Shown here: positions 8,584 to 14,346 of the stretch, piece after piece
Numbering within the stretch: the first letter of the stretch is position 1
How the letters are laid out: each line of letters opens with the position of its first letter
From: Armatimonadota bacterium
GTDB taxonomy: Bacteria; Sysuimicrobiota; Sysuimicrobiia; Sysuimicrobiales; Humicultoraceae
DNA length: 14,346 nucleotides
Direction of reading: 5' to 3'
Assembly: GCA_037446215.1 (NCBI GenBank)
Contig: JBBIJB010000044.1
Coordinates: forward strand, 779-15,124
The notes under the pieces: model-generated
Databases searched by the model: none
What the model was told of the DNA's origin: nothing
Seen by the model: only the letters and a program-made list of their open reading frames with translations
Position numbers and translations under genes: made by a program

Positions 8584-8587
8584 GAGG
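8582..8587 (+). promoter_or_regulatory. Shine-Dalgarno for metV
   Basis: AGGAGG overlapping the folC TAG, 5 nt before the ATG at 8593. Confidence 0.8.
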
Positions 8588-8592
8588 ACGAC

Positions 8593-9273
8593 ATGATTGT
8601 TGCCGAACGCAAGCAGCTAGACGACGTCCTGAACATGATGGCGCCGTTTCGGAAGGTGCTTGTCGTCGGCTGCGCCACGTGCACCTCCGTGTGCCTTGCC
8701 GGTGGCGAGCGGGAGGTGGCGATGCTTGGCTCACTCGTGCGGATGGCGCGCGAGACCCGCGGGGAGCCGGTGGAGACCCTGGAGGCCACCGTGCACCGCC
8801 AGTGCGAGAGGGAGTTCCTCGAGCCGCTGGCCGCCCAGGTGGACGAGGCGGAGGCCGTCTTCTCAATGGCCTGCGGATGCGGGGTGCAGTTGCTCGCGGA
8901 GACGTTCCCTCGCCGCCGCGTGTTCCCGCTGCTGGACACGAAGTTCATGGGGGTGACGGTGGAGCGCGGCTGGTGGGCGGAGCGCTGCCGCGGCTGCGGC
9001 GACTGCATCCTAAGCCTCACGGGCGGCATCTGCCCCGTCACCCGTTGCTCGAAGGGTCTCCTCAACGGGCCGTGCGGCGGCTACACGGAAGGGAAGTGCG
9101 AGGTGGACCCGACGATCGACTGCGGGTGGATCGCGATCTACAACAGGCTGAAGGAGCTTGACGAGCTGGAGGCGCTTAGCAAGATTGCGGATCCGAAGGA
9201 CTGGTCGCTGGCATCGGTAGGCCGGCCCCGGCGCGTGGTGAGAGAAGATGTGAGAACAGAGGAGGAGGGATAA
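8593..9273 (+). CDS. metV: Methylene-THF reductase small Fe-S subunit (MTHFR C-terminal-domain protein)
   Basis: MIVAERK start, VGC.TC..VC.AGGE.EV, RQCE.EF, ACG.GVQ, ERC..CG.C.L..TGGICP..RCSK.LLNGPCGG...GKCEV...DCGW..IY.RL. Confidence 0.9.
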   Translation: MIVAERKQLDDVLNMMAPFRKVLVVGCATCTSVCLAGGEREVAMLGSLVRMARETRGEPVETLEATVHRQCEREFLEPLAAQVDEAEAVFSMACGCGVQLLAETFPRRRVFPLLDTKFMGVTVERGWWAERCRGCGDCILSLTGGICPVTRCSKGLLNGPCGGYTEGKCEVDPTIDCGWIAIYNRLKELDELEALSKIADPKDWSLASVGRPRRVVREDVRTEEEG

Positions 9274-9278
9274 ACAGC

Positions 9279-10991
9279 ATGAGCACCAAGTCGATGAAGA
9301 GCGATCTTGAGATCGCGCAGGAGGCCAAGCTACTACCCGTCTTGGAGATCGCCAAGGCCCTCGGTCTCACCGAGGACGACCTTGATATGTACGGCAAGTA
9401 CAAGGCGAAGATCCACCTCGACGTGATGGATCGGCTGTCGGGCAAGCCCGACGCCAAGTACATCATGGTCACGGCGATAACGCCAACGCCGCTCGGCGAG
9501 GGCAAGACGACGACCGCCATCGGCCTCGGGATGGCGCTCAACAAGCTCGGCCACCACACGATCAACACGCTGCGGCAGCCCTCGATGGGCCCGACCTTCG
9601 GCATCAAGGGCGGCGCGGCGGGCGGGGGCTACTCACAGGCCGTCCCCATGGAGGACTTCAACCTCCACTTCACCGGCGACATCCACGCGGTCACCGCGGC
9701 CCACAACCTCCTCTCCGCGATGATCGACTCCCACATCGCGCACGGCAACTCGCTGGGTATCGACCCCTACTCGATCACCTGGCCCAGGGTGGTGGACATC
9801 AGCGATAGGGCGCTGCGGAACATCGTGATCGGGCTCGGAACCAAGGACGACGGCAGGCCTCGGCAGACCGGCTTCGACATCAGCGTCGCCTCGGAAGTGA
9901 TGGCGATCCTGGCCCTGGCATCGGACCTGCGCGACCTTCGAGCGCGCCTGGGGCGGATCGTGATCGGGACCACGGAGTCCGGTAGTCCGGTGACCGCCGA
10001 GGACCTCAAGGCGGCCGGCGCCATGGCGGTCCTCCTGAAGGACGCCCTGATGCCCAACCTAATCCAGACCGTTGAGAACACCCCTGTCATCGTGCACGCC
10101 GGACCGTTTGCCAACATCGCCCACGGCAACAACTCCATAGTCGCCGACAAGATCGCAATCAAGCTGGCCGACTACGTCGTGACGGAGAGCGGCTTCGGCG
10201 CCGACATCGGCGCGGAGAAGATGCTCAACGTCAAGTGCCGGTACAGCGGGATCAAGGTGAACGTCGCCGTTGTGGTCGCGACCATCCGGGCGCTCAAGAT
10301 GCACGGAGGAGTGGGCCGCGTCGTTCCGGGCCGCCCGCTGCCCCCCGAGCTGACCAGCGAGAACATCGAGGCGGTCGAGCGCGGCTGCCAGAACCTCCAG
10401 AAGCACATCGAGAACATGAGGCTCCACGGGCTGCAGGTGGTCGTGGCGATCAACCTCTTCCCGGCCGACACCCAGGGCGAGATCGAGGCCGTACGCGCGG
10501 CCGCGAAGGCGGTCGGGGCCCTCGATGCGGTCACCAGCGCGCACCACGCCAAGGGAGGCGAGGGCGCCCTCGAGCTCGCGAAGGCAGTGGTCAAGGCAGC
10601 CGAGGCGCCGAGCGAGATGGAGTTCCTGTACCCGCTCGAGATGCCGATCCGCGAGAAGATCGAGACGATCGCCAAGAAGATCTACGGCGCCGACGGCGTG
10701 GACTTCGAGCCCGCGGCCGAGGCGAAGATCAAGCTCTACACCAAGCTGGGCTACGACAAGCTGCCCATCAACATGGCGAAGACGCACCTCTCGATCTCCC
10801 ACGACCCGGGCCTGAAGAACCGGCCGAGCGGGTTCCGCTTGCCGGTGCGCGACATCCGGGCCGCGGTGGGTGCCGGGTTCCTCTACCCGCTCTGCGGCGC
10901 CATGCGCACTATGCCGGGCCTGCCCAAGTCCCCGGCGGCGGAGCGCGTGGATATCGACTTCGAGACAGGGAAGGTGGTGGGCCTGTTCTGA
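9279..10991 (+). CDS. fhs: Formate--tetrahydrofolate ligase (FTHFS)
   Basis: SDLEIAQ, YGKYKAK, TAITPTPLGEGKTTT, GIKGGAAGGGYSQ, NLHFTGDIHA, HAGPFANIAHGNNS, VTESGFGADIGAEK, MAKTHLS.SHDP, GAGF.YPLCG.M.TMPGLP. Confidence 0.98.
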   Translation: MSTKSMKSDLEIAQEAKLLPVLEIAKALGLTEDDLDMYGKYKAKIHLDVMDRLSGKPDAKYIMVTAITPTPLGEGKTTTAIGLGMALNKLGHHTINTLRQPSMGPTFGIKGGAAGGGYSQAVPMEDFNLHFTGDIHAVTAAHNLLSAMIDSHIAHGNSLGIDPYSITWPRVVDISDRALRNIVIGLGTKDDGRPRQTGFDISVASEVMAILALASDLRDLRARLGRIVIGTTESGSPVTAEDLKAAGAMAVLLKDALMPNLIQTVENTPVIVHAGPFANIAHGNNSIVADKIAIKLADYVVTESGFGADIGAEKMLNVKCRYSGIKVNVAVVVATIRALKMHGGVGRVVPGRPLPPELTSENIEAVERGCQNLQKHIENMRLHGLQVVVAINLFPADTQGEIEAVRAAAKAVGALDAVTSAHHAKGGEGALELAKAVVKAAEAPSEMEFLYPLEMPIREKIETIAKKIYGADGVDFEPAAEAKIKLYTKLGYDKLPINMAKTHLSISHDPGLKNRPSGFRLPVRDIRAAVGAGFLYPLCGAMRTMPGLPKSPAAERVDIDFETGKVVGLF

Positions 10992-12196
10992 GCGACGCTC
11001 GCGCCGCGCTGGTCGTGGGGGCCGGCATAGCCGGCCTGACGGCCGCCCAAGCCCTGGCGGATCGGGGGGTTCCCGTGCTCCTCGTGGAGCGGGGTCCGGC
11101 CGTTGGCGGCTGGGCGGCTACCTACGGCTGCAAGGCCGGGGACGATTGCAGCCTCTGCGGAGTCTGTCTCTCCGCAAGGGCTCTGAGGTCCCCGGCGCTG
11201 TGCGCGGGAAGCCCCATTACACTCAAGGTGGACACGACCGTGGTTGAGATCGAGGGTGGCCCGGGGAAGCTCACGGCCCGCCTCGTCTCACAGGGCCGCG
11301 GGGTTGACGTGGCGCGGTGCACGGCCTGCGGGCTGTGCACGGGGATCTGCCCTGAGGGCGCGGTGATCGCTCCGCACCCTCAGGCAGTCCCGCAGTCTTA
11401 CGCAATCGACAGATCACGCTGCGTGCGCGCGGCGGGGGAGGAGTGCCGCCTCTGTGAGGAGGCGTGCCCGTTTGGTGCAGTCGACCTGGAGTTTGAGCGC
11501 AGGGAGGAGAGCGTGAAGGCGGGCGTGGTCGTGGTGGCGAGCGGCTTCCGGCCGTTCGATGCCGCCGCCAAGGGGCAGTACGGCTACGGGCGGCGTCCGG
11601 GCGTGATCACCACGATGGAGATGGAGCAGGGCCTCTGGCTGCACGGTCCCGCCTATATCGATCAGGTGCTTGGCGGTGGACGCCGGGTCGCCTTCGTGCA
11701 CTGCGTGGGGTCGCGCGACAACGCGATCGGCAGGGTGTGGTGCTCGCAGCTCTGCTGCCCGACCGTATTGCGCCTTGCCCACCGCCTGGCCTCTGCGGAC
11801 GCGGCGCTGCAGATCAGCCTCTTCTACATGGACCTCCAGAGGTGCGCTCCGGGCATCCCAGACCTGGTCCGCACTCTTCCCGCCAACGTGGCCCTGATGC
11901 GCGGGATGCCCGCCGAGATCCTGTCGGTCCCGGGCGGCCTCTCGTTGGCCTATGAGGATCTGACCCTCGCAGAGCGCAGGGAGGCCGAGTTCGATCTTGT
12001 GGTCCTGGCAGTGGGGATGGAAGGGCCCGCGCCGATCGTGGGGCTGGACGGCGAAGTAGGCCGGTTCCTGGCTCTGGCGGGTCCGGGCGTCATCACCGCC
12101 GGGGCTTGCGGGGGCCCCCAGGCAATTCCCGAGGCAGTGGCTGACGGGCTGCGCGCGGCCGGTGAGGCGATCGCACTCCTGGAGGCGGGCCGGTGA
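10988..12196 (+). CDS. hdrA: Short HdrA-like FAD/Fe-S protein (about 402 aa): FAD domain with inserted 2x[4Fe-4S] ferredoxin, lacking the HdrA N-terminal and C-terminal ferredoxin domains; probable CTG start
   Basis: ALVVGAGIAG...LLVER...VGG Rossmann motif, CTACGLCTGICP and CV..ECRLCEEACP, VASGF.PFD...YGYG...VIT..EME, HCVGSRD...CSQLCC, FYMDLQ, DLVVLAVGM, AGACGGP..IPEAV. The ORF-track N-terminus (10235-10987) is an off-frame overlap with fhs. The start position is less certain than the gene itself. Confidence 0.85.
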   Translation: MSDARAALVVGAGIAGLTAAQALADRGVPVLLVERGPAVGGWAATYGCKAGDDCSLCGVCLSARALRSPALCAGSPITLKVDTTVVEIEGGPGKLTARLVSQGRGVDVARCTACGLCTGICPEGAVIAPHPQAVPQSYAIDRSRCVRAAGEECRLCEEACPFGAVDLEFERREESVKAGVVVVASGFRPFDAAAKGQYGYGRRPGVITTMEMEQGLWLHGPAYIDQVLGGGRRVAFVHCVGSRDNAIGRVWCSQLCCPTVLRLAHRLASADAALQISLFYMDLQRCAPGIPDLVRTLPANVALMRGMPAEILSVPGGLSLAYEDLTLAERREAEFDLVVLAVGMEGPAPIVGLDGEVGRFLALAGPGVITAGACGGPQAIPEAVADGLRAAGEAIALLEAGR

Positions 12197-14115
12197 GGAG
12201 GTCGGCGCTGCTCATCTGCACCTGCGGAGGGACGGTTGCCGAGCAGATAGCCGCCGACCGGCTGGCCGCGGTGAAGAGCCCGGACCTGGTGCGGATCGCG
12301 AGCGATCTCTGCTCTCCCGAGGGCCGGCGAAGGGCGGCGGCATGGCTTTGCGAGTCGGCCGCCGACTCATTGGTAACCGCAGCATGCGCCTTCCCGCCTG
12401 TCGCCTCTGCCGTTGCGGAGGTGGCCACGCGCGCGGGGATCAGCCCGGGGCTAGTAAGGCTTGTCGATCTGCGGGAGTGCTGTGCATGGGCACATCCCGA
12501 CCCGCGGGAGTCCGCGGCCAAGGCAGAGCGGCTTGTGGTCGCCTCCTTGGAAGGCATCAAGGCGCCCGAGGTGACCGCCTCGCCCGCCGAGACACCGGTG
12601 ACCGGCCGCGTCCTTGTCATCGGGGGGGGCACGGCCGCCGCCGCAGCAGCGACCCGGCTGTTGCGGCTCGGATGCCCCGTGACCGTGATCAGGGATACGG
12701 GAGCCCCGGGAAGCGGGAGCGATGACGAGTCCTCCGGCGGTGTCGAGACGATCGAAGGCCGGTTGGAGCGTCTCACCGGCCAGGTGGGAAGGTTCCTGGC
12801 CGCGGTGCGCACGCCCGGCGGCCTCGAGACTATCGAGGCGGGCGCCGTGATCGCCACCGGTGGGAAGGGAGAGAGACCTCTTGACACGGCTTCCGCCCCC
12901 GAGAGCTCCGGACGCAGCCCAGCGGTCGCCTTCATCATGCCTGTGGAGCCCCGCCCGGATGCCGCCGAGGCTGTGCTCTCGGCGGCGGTCAGGTTGGCAG
13001 AGGAGCAGGGAGGACGCTGCCTCGTCTTCTTCAGCGACATCGGCGTGGCGGCGCCCGGGTTGGAGGAGCTCTATTTGAAGGCCCGGGGGGTCGGGGTCAC
13101 CTTCTTGAGGCATGCGGACGGCAGCCTCGAGGCCGAGAGGGAAGGGAACGGGTGGGCCATCCGCGTGGACCTGCCCGGAGTAGGCCTCCTCGAGGAGAGC
13201 CTAGACGCCCTCGTCCGCGTCGATGCTCCCGCCGCGCCCTGCGGCGGGGAGCTGGCAGGGGCCCTGTCGATCTCCTCGGGCGATGGGGGCTGGATTCCCG
13301 GGGAAGCGATGGCGGTCGCCCCGGTGGGCACGGAGCGCCCCGGCGTGTTCGTGGCTGGAACGGCGCGTGCTCCTGCCACCTCGCGGCAGGCGGCAGTGCA
13401 GGGGGATGCCGCCGCGGTCGCGGCCGCGCTGGCGATCTCCTCGGCGGCGGCGGCGCCGCATCTCGGTGCGGTTGTGGACGCCGATCGCTGCGCGATGTGC
13501 CTGACATGCTTCCGCACCTGTCCGCACGGGGCGCTGGAGATCGGGACGGGCTCCGCGGTCAAGGTCATGCCGTGGGCCTGTCGGGGCTGTGGGATTTGCG
13601 CCGCGGCATGCCCTGCCGGGGCGGTTCAGGTGGTGGAGTCGCCCAACGGGAGGATGCTGGCCGAGTTGGACTCGCTCGCACGGGGCGCGGCTGCCGGAGG
13701 TCCGGGCCAGGTCATCGCGTTCGCGTGCGCGAACTCTGCGCTGCAGGCTGTCCAGGCGCTTGGGCGGCTGCGGCGCGCGTACTCCTCGCGCATCGTTGTG
13801 GTGCCGGTACCCTGCCTGGGCCGGATGGAGCCCCTGCACTGCATCCGGCCCCTGGTGGCCGGGGCCCGCAAGGTCCTCCTGTGCGGATGCTACGACAGGA
13901 GCTGTGAACACCTGGAGGGTCCGCGCCGGGCCCGAACCGCAGCCGCAAGGGCCCGCGAGCTGGCGGTAGTGCTGGGAGTCGACCCGGACGCCGTCCAGGT
14001 TTGGTCGGTTGCGCCGGTGGATTGGCACAGGCTGCACCAGATCTTCGAGGACGCCACCAGCGCCGGCCCTGCCGTGGGCGAAGCGGCCGGGAGAGGCAGG
14101 ATCCATGCGATCTGA
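12193..14115 (+). CDS. HdrA-like/MvhD fusion (QmoB-like architecture): HdrA N-terminal Fe-S domain, degenerate FAD domain, 2x[4Fe-4S] ferredoxin, MvhD [2Fe-2S] domain
   Basis: N-terminal ICTCGG...LCS...AAC...LRECCAWAH; VLVIGGG; GAVIATGG; LEELY.KAR..GV.FLR; TERPGVFVAG; CAMCLTCFRTCP and CRGCGICAAACP; MvhD motifs IAFAC.NS, VPCLGR, GA.KVLLCGC....C.H..G. The GTG start overlaps the upstream TGA (GTGA). Confidence 0.85.
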   Translation: MRRSALLICTCGGTVAEQIAADRLAAVKSPDLVRIASDLCSPEGRRRAAAWLCESAADSLVTAACAFPPVASAVAEVATRAGISPGLVRLVDLRECCAWAHPDPRESAAKAERLVVASLEGIKAPEVTASPAETPVTGRVLVIGGGTAAAAAATRLLRLGCPVTVIRDTGAPGSGSDDESSGGVETIEGRLERLTGQVGRFLAAVRTPGGLETIEAGAVIATGGKGERPLDTASAPESSGRSPAVAFIMPVEPRPDAAEAVLSAAVRLAEEQGGRCLVFFSDIGVAAPGLEELYLKARGVGVTFLRHADGSLEAEREGNGWAIRVDLPGVGLLEESLDALVRVDAPAAPCGGELAGALSISSGDGGWIPGEAMAVAPVGTERPGVFVAGTARAPATSRQAAVQGDAAAVAAALAISSAAAAPHLGAVVDADRCAMCLTCFRTCPHGALEIGTGSAVKVMPWACRGCGICAAACPAGAVQVVESPNGRMLAELDSLARGAAAGGPGQVIAFACANSALQAVQALGRLRRAYSSRIVVVPVPCLGRMEPLHCIRPLVAGARKVLLCGCYDRSCEHLEGPRRARTAAARARELAVVLGVDPDAVQVWSVAPVDWHRLHQIFEDATSAGPAVGEAAGRGRIHAI

Positions 14116-14346
14116 CGCGGCCGTCACACGTGCGAGGCATCGGAGCGATCCCTCCTGGGTCGGCCGGGTAGGAGCGGCGAGCGGCGAGGCGGTCGGGCTC
14201 TGCTATGGCTGCGGAGTGTGCTCCGGAGGATGCCCGCTGGCCTCTCACATGGACCTCCTGCCCAGCAGGCTGATGAAGGCCGTGCAGCTTGGGCTCAGGG
14301 ATCGGGTGCTGTCGGCGGCCTCTCCATGGCTGTGCGTGGCATGCCA
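14105..14346 (+). CDS. hdrC: Heterodisulfide reductase subunit C-like Fe-S protein, 5' part (runs off the window end)
   Basis: Not in the ORF track. The ATG at 14105, with GGAGAGG upstream, reads MRSDAAVTRARHRSDPSWVGRVGAASGEAVGLCYGCGVCSGGCPLASHMDLLPSRLMKAVQLGLRDRVLSAASPWLCVAC. This matches the HdrC pattern CY.CG.CS.GCP...MD..P......QLG....VL....W.C..C. Confidence 0.88.
   Translation, partial: MRSDAAVTRARHRSDPSWVGRVGAASGEAVGLCYGCGVCSGGCPLASHMDLLPSRLMKAVQLGLRDRVLSAASPWLCVAC

Noticed and set aside
6811..9065. Long minus-strand ORFs (554 aa and 401 aa), plus others such as 5988-6932, 12093-13040 and 13201-14127
   Set aside because: They are antisense shadows of well-supported + strand genes in stop-poor GC-rich DNA, with no recognisable motifs.
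10235..10987. 251-codon N-terminal extension of the 653-aa ORF, or a possible Fhs-HdrA frameshift fusion
   Set aside because: It is an Arg/Gly/Pro-rich off-frame reading of fhs typical of high-GC DNA. Fhs ends normally (GLF-stop), and I see no canonical X XXY YYZ slippery heptamer near the junction.
12622..12629. G8 homopolymer as a possible phase-variation tract
   Set aside because: It is short, in frame, encodes the GGG of the Rossmann motif, and is expected at this GC content.
10988..14115. Selenocysteine readthrough in HdrA/MvhD, or a single frameshifted hdrA pseudogene
   Set aside because: No in-frame TGA occurs at Cys-motif positions. Each gene has its own Rossmann start and its own C-terminal G(V/I)xxAG motif, and the domain order cannot be joined into one canonical HdrA.
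1..14346. CRISPR arrays, tRNA/rRNA genes, IS elements or integrases
   Set aside because: None seen. The window is nearly fully occupied by metabolic CDSs, with no spaced repeats or transposase motifs.

Overview
A very GC-rich bacterial window (roughly 68-70% GC by eye) that is almost entirely coding on the + strand. It holds a Wood-Ljungdahl (acetyl-CoA) pathway operon truncated at both ends. The order is: acsB (3' end) - acsC - acsV/RACo - cooC/acsF - DUF3786-like - acsD - acsE - folC-like - metV - fhs - short hdrA-like gene - hdrA-like/mvhD fusion - hdrC (5' end). The acs block is conventional. The unusual parts are: (i) two complementary, asymmetric HdrA paralogues resembling the QmoA/QmoB layout, one keeping the FAD/Fe-S core and the other having an eroded flavin domain fused to ferredoxin and MvhD; (ii) an apparent CTG start codon overlapping the fhs stop; (iii) a FolC homologue with paired substitutions at two normally conserved active-site positions (TSPH->TKPH, EKAG->EDVG); (iv) metV separated from metF, with a structured RNA-like element just upstream; and (v) an Fhs carrying non-clostridial signature motifs. 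All calls come from motif recognition by eye; no database searches or folding programs were run.
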